DNA from: Eledone cirrhosa
Lineage: Eukaryota
Length of the DNA stretch: 64,000 nt
Direction of reading: 5' to 3'
NCBI GenBank assembly: GCA_964016885.1
Contig: OZ024740.1
Coordinates: 414,780,001-414,844,000 of the forward strand
Position 1 is the stretch's first letter; each line of letters begins with the position of its first letter. Below are positions 40,191 through 54,150 of this stretch, one piece after another. Below the pieces are notes generated by a model. The model saw only the letters and a list, made by a program, of their open reading frames with translations. It had not been told where the DNA came from and made no database searches. The translations under genes and the position numbers were made by a program.

Positions 40191-42782
40191 AACAGGATGA
40201 GGTCAATTGTTATGTGATTGTTGTTTTTGTAGTTATAGTTTATCCTTGGCTCAGTCCTAATTGAACAGACTTATGATCAAAGATGTTCCAGCTATAGCTA
40301 CTTAGTCTTTTTTAAGGATTACTTAGTCTTTTTTAAGGATTACTTAGTCTTTTTTAAGGATTACTTATCATTTGCAACAACAACTTCATTATTCAATATA
40401 TCCTTCTAACCATGCTAGCGTGGAAAATGGACCTTAAACGAAGATGATGATGATGATGATCCTTTTCTTTTTTAAAGTTGGCAAGGTTTTAGTTAGAGAC
40501 GTATTTGGCTGCTATTTTCAGCAGGTTGACTGATCATGTAAACTTTCTACCATTAGCTTAGATGTCCCTTGTTGACTGGATAATATGATACCTTGGTAAA
40601 ATGAATGATTTTGTTGAGGAAAATGTTGTTGTTGATGATGATGATGATGATCATCATCATTATTATGTTTCTTCAGATCTCAAAGGACTTCTAGTTTCTT
40701 AGCCTATACCTAATGATGGATGATAGATAAAGAAATTGCCACTATTCAGACATTAACAAACATCCACAGTAAACATCCCCTCAGCTCAAGACAATGAGAG
40801 AAGACCATACGTGATCACTAACTGCTAGAAATAGCAGTCAAATCTTTCTTAAATCATATTTAACCTTTAAAAAAAACCTCAAAACCAGAAAGACATATAG
40901 GATAGTGTAACCTGAGGAAATCTATTTTCAGTTGATACCAGCTTGTGCAGCCAAAATAACAACAAAAACCTTCATTGAGAATACATTCCATTGGTCATGT
41001 CAGGGTTAGTATACATGACCATAGGGTTAGTATTAAATAATAATGAAAATCATTGCTTACAGTGCTCAGGTGCACCACAACTCATCAAGGATGGCATGTA
41101 TAGTACATAGAATAATTGTTTCTACTTTTGGCACAAGGCCAGCAATTATCCCAGTGCATTACTGGTACTTTATTTTATCGACCCCGTAAGGATTAAAGGC
41201 AAAGTTAACCTCAGCAGGATGTAAAGGCATGTAACTCCATGCTGCAAAAATAATGTACAAATGTTAGGCATACAATTATTAAGAAGAACATTTTAAAACC
41301 ATTTATAAGTTTATATAATATGTCGAGTGATGTGTGAGATAATACAATATATATAAAATGGTGTAAAGGACTCTTCAGCTGTATCAAAGACATGACAACC
41401 TCCCTAATGCCGGTGCCAAGATAAAATGCACTCCGTAGAATGTAGGAAGGTATGTTAGGGTGATGTGAGTTTCTGGCTTATTAGAGCACATGGTAGAGTG
41501 CAGGAATGTATGTGAGATGTGGGTGTATCTGAGTGGTTAGTAGCTCAGCTTGAATACAAACTTGGTCTGTGATGAACCATCCAACCTTTGTTAGCAGGGA
41601 GAACAGATAAATGACGATGGTACATGAGCTGAGCTCTACCTGGTCATGTAAGTTCATTGAACATTTTACACAGTAAAGAGTAAAGACCCGCTTTGGTCAC
41701 GAATGACCATGGGATTTGCATCTAGAAAGTTTCCCTCCGAGGCACATGTCTGGACTAGGTTGTTTGTGGAAGACCAGCAGTCATCCATGCATACCAACCT
41801 CCTCCCTCCATGACACCAATGATGGCCAAAGGAAAGGCAATGGCCTATACAGCTTGACACCAGTGACATCACAACTCATTTCTACAGCTGAGTAAACTGG
41901 AGCAATGTGAAATAAAGTATCTTGCTCAAGGACACAACGTATCTCCCAGTATGAGAATCGAACTCACAACTTTCCGATTGCAAGCCCAATGCTCTAACCA
42001 CTAAGCCATGTGCCTTCTTTACACAGTGAAGTGTAATGAATTGGTAAAGGTAGTAGTGAGCCAGACTAAATGTCTCACAGTATTCTTTCTCAACCTACTA
42101 TGTTTTGAGTTCAAATCTTGTTAGGGTTAACATTTCCTCTCACCCCTCTGGCTTTGATTCAACAGTCAAGACAAAACCTTTTACAAAAATTGTCTATGGG
42201 TGTGTTGCCACATTAAATCGATATATTTACATGCAGAAGGATGATAGATGTACAGAATCGGGAGAAGACCAAACAAAATGCCTTGCATTGCAGTATCGGT
42301 AGAGGGTCGGACGCCATGCTTTGCAGCAAAAGAGTTACGGCCCTTTAAGGTCTGAGTTAAAATCCCGCCGAGGTTAACTTTGCCTTTCATCCTTACAGGG
42401 TCGATAAAATAAAGTACCAGTAATACACTGAGATAATTGCTGGCCTTGTGCCAAAAGTAGAAACAATTATTTAGTTATGATCATTTATGTTGCAAGTTCA
42501 AATTCGACTTTGTCTTCTATTCTTCAAGAGCATCAATAAACCCTCAAGAACAGTCTTTACTATTAACTGGTACTGTACTAATTGATTGTTGATATCAAAC
42601 AGGTATAAAGAGTGGTTTAGTTTAATGTACTCTCCTGCCAAATTCTATAGACTTGTGTCAGTATTAGAAATAAATATTTTACATGCAGCAACATGATGTT
42701 TCATGCACCACATACACGTACATACAAGCAGACACATACACACACACACCAGAAATACATTCACAAACTGAATGATACTTAC

Positions 42783-42874
42783 CTGCTAACAACTTCAGCT
42801 ATTTTTGAATGCTCTTCTGCCGGGCTACGCAAAGCTTTCCTACGCGTTGCCACATTATAAAACAGATCCTCTAC
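42783..42874 (-). CDS. MLH1: MLH1 coding exon (human exon 6 equivalent)
   Basis: ttgcag|[30 protein letters not shown](R)|gtaag. 92 bp. Confidence 0.96.
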
Positions 42875-44689
42875 CTGCAAACATCGACAACATGTTTAAG
42901 ATTCTCTCACCAAATGTTAAGCAAACTAACATTTGCCATCAAACGACAAAGAATCAATAAAAGATAATGGCAGATTGTTAAAGATATATAGATAGATATT
43001 CTAGGAAATAACACAATAAAAAGAAGCAACAAACAAATTCATTCATTACACATAAACAAACTGGATGGATTGTTCATGTTTAAGAATGATATTTAACAAA
43101 GTGCTAGGAACGTATAGAAATGAAAAGAGGAAAAGTAAGATGTATTGTCATCTACTGAATCATTGAAATACATATAAATGCTTCCTAAGCTTCAGGGGAT
43201 CTTTCAAAGACTGGCACTTAGCCCCACTTTCTTGGCATTAAGTAGATAAGAAATAAACCTCTCATTTGATATGATGCCTGTCTGTTTCCAATAACATTCC
43301 CAGAAGATTTTGTTCATATTTTGCTGACAGCTAAGTGAACTGAGGTAGTATAAAACTGAATGTACTGCCTCAAATATACACTGAAATAGTTGCAGAGGAA
43401 TATAGTTGAACTCAAAACCTTTGAATTGGTAGACTAATATAATTGTTTCTACTTTTGGCACAAGGCCAACAATTACCCAGTACATTACTGGTACTTTATT
43501 TTATCGACTCCGTAAGGATGAAAGGCAAAGTTAACCTTGGCGGGATTTGAACTCAGACCATAATAGGACATAACTATGTTAGAAAGAATGGTGTCCAACC
43601 CTCTACCGATACTGCCAATAATGCCTATTCAAACATATTACTTTTACTTATCGAGACATGTACTAATAAGGAAACCTCTACATGGTAACTCAACCTGCTA
43701 GAAATAGCAGCCAAATCTTGAACCCATAAACTACTGTCTAAAAAAAAAAAGGATATAATAGATAATGTAATTCCGAGTACATTATTTCTCAAAATAACAT
43801 GCCTTTGGTTTTAAGTCTGCTTGATTAGGGCTAAGCAAAAATAACTTATTGAGACATTTAATCATCACTAAAAACTGCTTTCATACAGTATTTAGATTAT
43901 TTTTTTTACCAATGTCAGAATGAAAAAGGTAGGTGTCCAATACACCTCCTTTTTTATAGGGCCCCCATATCTTGTAGGAGGAAAGGAGAAAGTTATTCTC
44001 AAACTGGAAACTTAGCTTGCATCCTTGCAACAAAGAGAGTTCCACTGAAGAAAAGGATGAAATGCAAATTTGACCATGGGAGCATTTGAATGTAGACAGC
44101 AGGAGTAAATTCCACAAAGTGTTTTGTTCTATGCTTTAACAACTCAGCTAATTTTTTGCTTATATCTAGAGCAGGTTAACCTGGCTGAGATCATCTTTTA
44201 CTCAAGTAAATCAATGGGAAACGGGATTTCAATGCAAAACTAATGTGACACTTTTTAATTATAAAATTGGTCTCACTGAAAAAAATCGCTGGAGAGATTT
44301 TACGAGCAAATCAAACAGGTAGGAGACCCAGGGGTAGACCCCGTGCAAGATGGTTGGATAATATCCATGAGCTTGGCTGGTCAAGCTTGGGGATCAGTTG
44401 GAGACAGTGGTTTCTGACAGGACATGCTGGAGGGAGTGTTTGAGAACTCTTCCCCCACGACCCTCTCAGAAAAATATTGACCTCAAATATAACCACCCAC
44501 TTCATTTTATTATCAATAAAAAAATATTGACTGGAAGTCATGAAAGTTACTGGCTATTCTTGGCAGGATGAGATCAGAATAATATAGCCATAGAAAACAA
44601 ATAACTTTTATACTTCAGATTTCTCAGAAGTCTTGAAAGAAAATAAACAAAATATTTTGCATTGTGAGTACTAGCAATATTATGCCTAC

Positions 44690-44762
44690 CGTTATTTGAG
44701 TGCCCACATTCCCAGCACATGGTTTAACAGGTGCCTTCAGCTTTCCATCTTGATAACATCCT
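44690..44762 (-). CDS. MLH1: MLH1 coding exon (human exon 5 equivalent)
   Basis: ttcttcag|(K)[24 protein letters not shown]|gtagg. 73 bp, phase-compatible with the previous exon. Confidence 0.95.
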
Positions 44763-45981
44763 CTGAAGAAGAAAATAAAACATGAAAATTGGGAGAGAAG
44801 AGGGAAGCAGCATTGAAAGACACTGTCTATGAGTTTCAAATAACTGAGAATAATCAAGAAATTGTAGGGATTTAATTATAGAAACATCTTTGTCATTATT
44901 AAGTTGGTCTTTGAATCAAATTTTAACAAAGGTTCTGACATAAAATTATGGTGGTAACTCTTTAGATATATATAAATGAAGGTCGAAGGGTTCTTACACA
45001 TGTATGAAGGTCCAACCCATGCAAGTGTGGAAAAACAAATGTAAAAATGATGATAAACACTTTAAAACAAACAGCTTTGTATCATAAAACCAAGGATGGT
45101 TTCTGGTAGTTTGGCATCAAAAGGGTTTTAAAATGTTATGTGTGTTTTTGTCTAACGTTGTGCGAATAGTTTGTGCAAAGTGTAATGTTAATCCTTTATA
45201 TCCAAGCTTGTCTGATATTCCCTATGGTTCATATAACCAATCAACATCACTGTTTTTAATCCAATTTCCCATGCTGGCATGGGTTGGACATGTTTTAATG
45301 CAGTTTTCTATGACTATATGCCTTTCTGGAAGGTATTTGTTCCACAGAAATTCAGACACTCAACCACTGAACTGTGGGGACTATTGTTTATGCAGGACAT
45401 AAACAAATACCATTGGCTGTCAAAGTAAGTGGTGTCAATGGAAGGAAGCAGAGGAGACATAAAAACAAACACATGTATATATATGCTCCATTTGTAAACA
45501 TGAAGGCCTGAGGAATACAGATGTAGAGACATTATTTTAGATAAAATATTCTGTTCAAGAATGAAACCAGATGGTTGCCGACATAATGTTGTGAACTATC
45601 ATTAGTAGTTATATATATATGGAGGCACATGGCTTAGTGGTTAGAGCATTGGCCTTGCAATCTAAAGGTTGTGAGTTCAATTCTCAAACCGGGTGATGTG
45701 TTGTTTCCTTGAGCAAGACACTTCATTTCACGTTACTCCAGTTTACAGGCTGTAGAAATGAGATGATAGGACTGGGGTCCCTATCATTCCACTGTAAAGT
45801 GGTCGTGGAGGTGCCACGGCAAAAAAGCACCCAGTACTCACTGTAAAATGAGGTTGGTGTTAGGAAGGGCATCCAGCTGTAGAAATCAAGCCAGAATCAG
45901 TTCCCGTCCCACCCTTGCAAGCAGGGAAAAGCGTACGTAAAATGAAATGAAAGAAATGAATGAATATATATATATATATAT

Positions 45982-46423
45982 AGTTAAAAGAATAGAGGTG
46001 TAACACACAAGTTATTATATATTGGTAAACGGAATAGAAAATGCTGACAAATTGTTCACAGTTGAAAAATGGTTTAATTAGGAATAAAAGAGTATTAGTG
46101 ATTGTATGGGTTAGTATTCAGTTGTGGTTTTAAGTTTTTAAGTTTTTACCGGTTGCGCATTTCTAAATGCTTTTCAAAAATGCTTTTCAAAAATAATTTT
46201 GAGATAGAGTGTCCGTGTTGTTTGCTCTGATCAGAGCAAACAACACGGATACTCTATCTCAAAATTATTTTTGAAAAGCATTTAGAAATGCGCAACCGGT
46301 AAAAACTTAAAAACTTAAAACCACAACTGAATACTAACCCATAAAATCACTAATACTCTTTTATTCCTAATTAAACCATTTTTCAACTGTGAACAATTTG
46401 TCAGCATTTTCTATTCCGTTTAC

Positions 46424-46432
<9 letters not shown>
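45982..46432. mobile_element. (TA)n-embedded spacer-less fold-back with a variant hammerhead (46267-46305 and its inverse)
   Basis: ~200-bp arms centred at ctga|tcag (46230/46231). TTGAAAA-gcattt-ag-aaatgc-GCAA-ccgg-TA-aaaa. Confidence 0.75.
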
Positions 46433-46456
<24 letters not shown>

Positions 46457-46504
46457 CATATATATATATATACATATATATACATACATATATATATATA
46501 TACA

Positions 46505-49500
46505 TAGAATAATTAAAATACGACTTGTCCTCAATAGAACTACGGTGACAGTAATATCTGCGTACGCACCCCAATCCGGACTGCCCGGCACTATAAAAGA
46601 CAGATTCTATGAGACACTGATGCTAACTACCTCCCAAATATCCGACAGTGACTATATAATTATTGCAGGCGACCTAAATGGTCACGTTGGACAACATTGT
46701 GACGGCTACGACGAAATCCATGGAGGCTATGGGTTTGGTACTAGAAATGAGGAAGGCTCCAGAATCCTGGAATTCTGTGATGCAAATAACCTAACTATCT
46801 GTAACACTAACTTCAAAAAACGTGACAATCACCTGATCACCTATAGATCCGGGGAACACACAAGCCAGGTAGATTATATCCTTACCAGAAGACGTGACAG
46901 AGTGTCTGTTGTAAACACTAAATCCCTCCCCCATGAAGAATGCACCTCCCAACATAGACTGATAATTAGCGACCTCATAGTCAGGACGAGACGTACTCGA
47001 CAGCAGAAGAGGACTATCCTCAGGAGAAAAATATGGAAGCTAAAGGACCCCACAGCCAGAAATAAATTTCAAAGCATATTACTTGATGCTTTCGACAGTA
47101 AGGAAGAACATTTAGAGTCGGACAATATAGAGGGACAGTGGGAATTTCTGAAAGCAAACCTGCTGATGGCGACAGACGAAGTCTGTGGCTGGAGCAGGCC
47201 TGTAGGCAGGAGGAGAGTAACATGGTGGTGGAACAGTAAGGTGGAGGGGTCAATTAAGGCCAAAAAGCAGGCTTGGAAAGTATGGCGGGATGGGGGAAGT
47301 AGAGAAGACTATCAAGTGGCTAGGAGGGAAGCTAGGAGACAAGTGTACTTAGCAAGAAGGGAAGCTGAGGAAAGAAAGTTCAAGCATGTTCTACAACGCG
47401 AGGACCAAAAACGTGAGGTGTTCAGGATTGCTAGGCAATGCGTCAAGGAAAACCGTGATATTGTCGGGGAGAAGTGTGTACTTAACGATGACGGCATACT
47501 TGCCATCACCGACGCTGATAAGAAGGTAGCTTGGAAGTGTCACTATGAAAGGCTACTAAATGAGCAGAATAAATGGGAGAAAGACAGTCTCCCCCATATC
47601 GACCCAATAGAGGGACCAGCAGTGTTAGTCGAGGGGAGTATAATAAGTAAGGCAATCAAGGATATGAAGACGGGTAAGGCGGCTGGGCCTTCGGAAATAG
47701 TTGCTGAGATGCTGAAGGCATCTGGCACAGTGGGACACACCATGGTCACCCGCATAGTTAACCAAGTCGTACAGAATGGGGTTGTTCCGAAGGACTGGCA
47801 TAGCAGCATCATCGTTAACTGTTATAAGGGTAAAGGAGACGCCCTAGATAGGAGTAACTATAGAGGCATTAAATTAATCGACCAGGTCATGAAGGTCACG
47901 GAAAAAGTAATAGCACAACTAATCAGAGAGAGAATTGACCTAGATGAAATGCAGTTCGGGTTTGTGTCAGGCAAAAGTACCACAGACGCTCTTTTCATTG
48001 TACGACAACTACAGGAGAAGTACCTAGCTAAAGGTAAACCCCTCTACTTAGCTTTTGTCGACTTGGAGAAAGCCTTCGACAGAGTCCCCCGCTCCATTAT
48101 CTGGTGGGCTCTTAGAAAACTAAGCGTTGACGAATGGCTTGTGAGAGCTATACAAGCCATGTATAAAGAAACAGTCAGCAAGGTTAGAATTAACAATGAA
48201 TATAGTGAAGAGTTTAGCGTAAAAGTTGGCGTCCATCAGGGCTCTGTTCTCAGCCCCCTACTATTTATTATTGCCCTTCAGGCTATAACAGAGGAGTTCA
48301 AGACCGGCTGCCCATGGGAACTCCTATACGCAGACGACCTGACACTCATAGCGGAATCAATGGCCGAGCTAGAGAAGAAATTCCAAACATGGAAGCACGG
48401 CCTAGAATCAAAAGGACTTAAAATTAACCTGGCTAAGACTAAAGTTCTAGTTTGTAGGAAAGAAAATAAGGTGGCGGTCCCTTCTGGGAAATGGTCGTGC
48501 TCGGTGTGTAGGAAAGGCGTAGGTAGAAACTCCATTTTATGTCCTAAATGCAAAGTATGGGTGCATAAAAGATGTAGTGGGATCACAGGTAAGCTAACTA
48601 AGAACATAGATTTTACATGTGGCCGGTGCTCTGGTGCAATAAGTAGCAGCAAGTGCCCACAAAATACTAGCTCTTTCAATTGCGCAGAGGGTTCTATAGA
48701 AATAGTGGACAGCTTCCGTTACCTGGGTGATAAAATCAGCAGTGGGGGAGGGTGCTCTGAAAGTACAGTAGCTAGAGTCAGAACTGGTTGGAAAAAGTTC
48801 AGAGAGCTTATACCACTATTAGCTGCTAAAGGGTTCTCCCTAAAAATGAAAGGCAGGTTGTACGATGCCTGCATACAAACAGCAATGTTGCATGGCAGTG
48901 AGACCTGGGCATTGTGTGCAGAGGATATACGCAGACTAGAGAGGAACGAAGCTTGCATGCTCCGCTGGATGTGTAATAGTAATATACGTGAACGGCAAAG
49001 CATAAACGAACTAAGGAAAAAATTAGAAATAAGAGGGATCAGATGTTGTTTACTCGAGAGAAGGCTACGTTGGTATGGACACGTGATGCGCATGAAAGTC
49101 GATAGCTGTATAACAAAGTGCAGGGCAATAAAGATAGACGGTAGCCACGGAATAGGCAGACCTAGAAAAACCTGGGACGAGCTGATAAACTCCGACCTCA
49201 CACACTTACACCTCTCCAAGACAATGTCACTGGACCGAGACCTTTGGCGGTACTCAGTAACAGAGAAGACCCGCCTTACCTAAATACATAGTAAAACCTA
49301 CTACAGCCAGTAGGCATCTCTAACAAAATACCCCCCGTCCCACCACCACCACCCCCACCCCATCCACACCACCCCGTTCTATGTAAAGTTATGTTGGTGC
49401 CACACCATCCAGGCCGAAACAAATGAGATCGTGTAGGTGTCACGACAAAAAAACACACAGTCCACGCTGTAATGTGGCCATGTAGGCAACACGGTAAAAA

Positions 49501-49675
49501 CCTCCCAGACCCACACTGTAAATGTGGTTGGTGTTAGGAAGGGCATCCAACTGTAGAAAACCTGCCAGACAGTCCTATGCGAGCAAGACAATCACTCTTG
49601 CCTCAAGTGGGACTACCCCCGTCCAAACCCATGCAAGCGTGGAACACGGACGTTAAACGTTGATGATGATGATGA
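46505..49675 (+). mobile_element. 5'-truncated RTE LINE family 2 with an uninterrupted ~925-aa ORF (partial APE + RT)
   Basis: ORF is open from the (TA)n junction to the stop at 49283 and contains YADD. It lacks the first ~85 APE residues seen in the 17314 copy. The ORF-track N-terminus is palindrome/microsatellite read-through. Confidence 0.96.
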
Positions 49676-52194
49676 GACATATATATAGAATCCGTCTAAC
49701 CCATACTAGCGTGGAAGAATGGGCGTAAAACGGTGATGATGATGATGATGATATAACAGTCAGAAAACAGTAAAAATACATAAATGAAAAATGAAATTAG
49801 TGTTTTCCCATTTTGGACATCTGTCTTTCATCAGAAAAAAAGAAAAGAATATGCAATGTGAAGAGGAGAGAAGTAAAAAAAGGTAAAAATAAAAAGAAAC
49901 CTGGCATTGGTCAGTTTGAAGCTATAGTAGAAGATACATGCTCAAAGTGCCACACAGGGGAATTGAACCTGAAACCATGAGGTTGAAAGGGAAATATCTT
50001 AACCCTTTAGCATTCACATTACTCTATATATACTATTGTATTTTTGTAGTAAACACTTTATCTTACATAATTATCTCACATAATATCGAATCTATGAGAT
50101 TTTGATATTATTTATTTTTAGAACAATACCTTAACATTAGTATGAGCAGCCAGTTTCAATTGGTTTGAACAGAAAGAGGTGAGACATTTCTGGCCGGATA
50201 TAGCCGGTTTGAATGCTAAGGGTTAACAATATAGCCATGCCTATGCACTTTTCAATGTTTGATAGCAGCATCAGTGGAACAGCTGTTCTCAGATTGACCA
50301 TGTGTTGCCAGTGTTTTGGTATCAGCATCTAGTGCTTTCCACTTGACTAATTCAAAGAGATTAAAATGAAAAGAATCAAGGATCATTCATATGTGGCTCA
50401 ATTTGCTGTTTGGAGTAACATGCATAATTGAGCAGCACTTAACAGAAATTTCACCAGAGTCTTACAGGAGAGCACAAAATAACAATCTCAGCTTTCATAC
50501 ACAAAAACTAAAATGATGGAAGTGAGATTAAAGATATTGGGAAAAATTGATATTAACTTAAATTCAATTTAAAAAAAAAAAAAGAAAAGAAAATCTCAAT
50601 TTGAATTGATAAAACATTCAATTATTTTCTTAATATTTTAATTCAAAATTTTTTTCTTGTAACATATTTTTTCTTTCTTTTATTTTGTATCTGATAAGAA
50701 ATTTATGAAACTATTAGTTTTATCATTCTGAAATTTCAAACTTCAAAATCTGAAAGTCTAATAACGTTTGAGTAAAGTATAAATGGAATTTAGTTTCTGG
50801 CTAAGAAGGTTGAATCAAACAGAGTAATATGTCTAGCTTAGAGTGGCTGTAAGTTTTGAACTCATGACTATGGGTTACTATTTCTACATATTAACTTCAA
50901 AGGTGCTATATTTCAAAAACTGACAAGTGAGTTGTTGCTTACATTTGTTCACTCACTTCCACACACAATCACATGCAAATACATACACAAATATAAATAA
51001 ACATAAATACACATACACAGGCCAATGAGAGAGCTGCTACATTATCACTTTACCTCCTATCATACTCCACTGCCTTAAAAATTGGAGAAGACACATAAGA
51101 TGGTGCAGTCCTAGACACCCTTAACCCTTTAGCATTTAAACTGGTCATATCCGGCCAGAATACTCTCACCTCTTTCTGTTTAAACCAGCTGTAACTGGCC
51201 ACTCATACTTACACCATAGATTTTATATTATGTGAGATAAATCCTTTACCGTGAAAATATAATAGTAAATATAGAGTAATGTAAATGGTAAAGGGTTAAA
51301 AAGACAAGATGGTCAAGGCTAGAATGAATTTGATCATAACGTTGTTCAATCAGGGTGATCAGGCGGTAAACAACATATACATACTCATCTAGACACATTT
51401 CTCTCTAGCACACCAAATCAATCATAGGGCTGACCCACCAACTAAAGATGCCATGTATACAAAAATCATCAAGAATTTTTCTTTATGTCTGTATTTTGTG
51501 TGCATGCATGGGTTAAGCCAAAACTTTTGGAAGGAGATATTTTACAGTCAGATGCTCTTCTTGGCATCAACTCACTTTATTTTAATTATAGTATATGTAC
51601 CATTAATGTTTATTAAATTGCTATGCTGCAAGATATATTGTTTATGGGGGACATAAACCGTGTTACTGCTGGTGTTTATAAACTGTCGTAATCACAATTT
51701 GTCTTTACTAGACTGGCATTCAGACAGATAATGATGATGATACATACATACATTATACATATATTATATCAATCTAACCCATGTAAGCATGAAAAATAGA
51801 TAATGATGTTGATATATATATATATATATATATTGGAAAATGTGTGAAATTCTTGGTACATACAGTTAGGTATATTTAAAAAAAAGGAAAAGAATGACTT
51901 TACTTGTAGTTCTAAACAATTTGATTTAATTTTATATTATATTATTATATATTATGAGTTGGTAGATCTAGTAAGTTGGTAGATCTTTGTTAACTTTGGA
52001 AGATTTTTAAACATGCCTAGTTAACTTTCCTGGAGAACTTTCTCGCATTCGTCGGTGGCATTTGTCAAACTGAGATCAGGTTGTGTTGTGATGTGTGACT
52101 ATATATATAAGAGAGATTTGGATGTGTCTGGGGGCTGTTAATGAGTGTGGGAGTGAAGATTTAAAGGAATTAAAACATATATATATATATATAT

Positions 52195-52335
52195 ATAGGA
52201 ACGAGTAGGACCCCGACGGCTGAGCTCAAGCCGTTTGGACGGCTAATTCTCAGCCGTCGGGGTCCTACTCGTTCCTAGTACCCACTGTACTACCCTAAGT
52301 ATTGAGTACTTTGGTGCGTTATGGTCCACCTGGTT
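52195..52335. mobile_element. Short (TA)n-embedded fold-back insertion
   Basis: Arms ~52195-52234 and ~52248-52278, plus a tail. The tail family also appears at 20995-21094 next to the gap. Confidence 0.65.
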
Positions 52336-52757
52336 CCTTACCACATTTCCTTCGTTATATATATATATATATATATGGATGCTATGGATGCTAAACAGTG
52401 ATGATGATGATATATATATATATATATATATCATCATTCATCACCATTTCATTTTACGTCCGCTTTTCCCTGCTTGCAAGGGTGGGACGGGAACCGATTC
52501 TGGCTTGATTTCTACAGCTGGATGCCCTTCTTAACACCAACCTCATTTACAGTGAGTGCTGGGTGCTTTTTGGCCGTGGCACCTCCACGACCACTTTACA
52601 GTGGGGTCCCTATCATCTCATTTCTACAGCTGAGTAAACTGGAGCAATGTGAAATAAAGTGTCTTGCTCAAGGAAACAACACATCACCCGGTCTGAGAAT
52701 TGAACTCACAATCTTTTGATTGCAAGGCCAATGCTCTAACCACTAAGCCATGTGCCT

Positions 52758-52809
<52 letters not shown>

Positions 52810-52829
52810 TCATCATCATCATCATCATC

Positions 52830-53467
52830 ATCAACGTTTAACGTCCGTGTTCCACGCTTGCGTGGGTTTGGACGGGGGTAGTCCCACTTGAGGCAAGAGT
52901 GATTGTCTTGCTCGCATAGGACTGTCTGGCAGGTTTTCTACAGTTGGATGCCCTTCCTAACACCAACCACATTTACAGTGTGGGTCTGGGAGGTTTTTAC
53001 CGTGTTGCCTACACGGCCACATTACAGCGTGGACTGTGTGTTTTTTTGTCGTGACACCTACACGATCTCATTTGTTTCGGCCTGGATGGCGCGGCACCAA
53101 CATAACTTTACATAGAACGGGGTGGTGTGGATGGGGTGGGGGTGGTGTGGATGGGGTGGGGGTGGTGGTGGTGGGACGGGGTGTATTTTGTTAGAGATGC
53201 CTACTGGCTGGTGTAGGTTTTACTATATATTTAGGTAAGGCGGGTCTTCTCTGTTACTGAGTACCGCCAAAGGTCTCGGTCCAGTGACATTGTCTTGGAG
53301 AGGTGTAAGTGTGTGAGGTCGGAGTTTATCAGCTCGTCCCAGGTTTTTCTAGGTCTGCCTATTCCGTGGCTACCGTCTATCTTTATTGCCCTGCACTTTG
53401 TTATACAGCTATCGACTTTCATGCGCATCACGTGTCCATACCAACGTAGCCTTCTCTCGAGTAAACA
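52830..53467 (-). mobile_element. RTE family 2 3' fragment
   Basis: Reverse complement of ~49047-49675. Confidence 0.92.
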
Positions 53468-53924
53468 TATATATTTATATTTATATATATATATATATAT
53501 ATATATGATAGGGATTGGGTTCCCTATCATTCCACTGCAAAGTGGACGTGTAGGCGCCACGGCAAAAAAGCATCCAGCACTCACTGTAAATGAGGTTGGT
53601 GTTAGGAAGGGCATCCAGCTGTAGAAATCAAGCCAGAATCAGTTCCCGTCCCACCCTTGCAAGCAGGGAAAAGCGGACGTAAAATGAAATGATGAATGAT
53701 GATATATATATATATATATATATCATTATACTTTTTACATAAACTTTAACAACTGGCATGGGTTTGATGGGTTTTCAAGGTCTGTGACTAGTCGTGTGGG
53801 AGTGACCAATCTTGTTCGTTACATTCCATATTAGGCACAGTGTATACAGCTGGATGCACTTCCTAATGCCAATTACTTTACAGAGTGTATTGGGTGCATT
53901 TTATCGTGGTACCAGCACTAGGGA

Positions 53925-54150
53925 AAGTGTCATATGCTTGGCCTGGGGAAGAATTCTTGATGAATAATGCCGTGGAAGTCAAAAAAGACAATGAGTATGC
54001 TCTTGAAATGTAGCTCTGTGTCTCCTTCTTTGGTTAAGGAGATAATGGACTCTTCCATTGTATTGACTGTTGCTTTGTCTCTGAAGCATGTGCAGGAAAG
54101 ATTTATCAGAATGATGTTGAAGTACGTATACATATTTTAGGGACACACTG
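53925..54150 (-). pseudogene. Mariner transposase remnant
   Basis: KSILIVFFDFHGIIHQEFFP resembles the mariner K.MLIVFFD..GIVH.EFVP motif. Confidence 0.55.

Noticed and set aside
46389-46504. N-terminal extension of the 964-aa ORF
   Set aside because: Read-through of a palindrome arm and (TA)n. RTE homology starts at ~46505.
52020-52070. Another U3:A8 hammerhead (TTGACAA, minus strand)
   Set aside because: Stems I-III do not pair convincingly.
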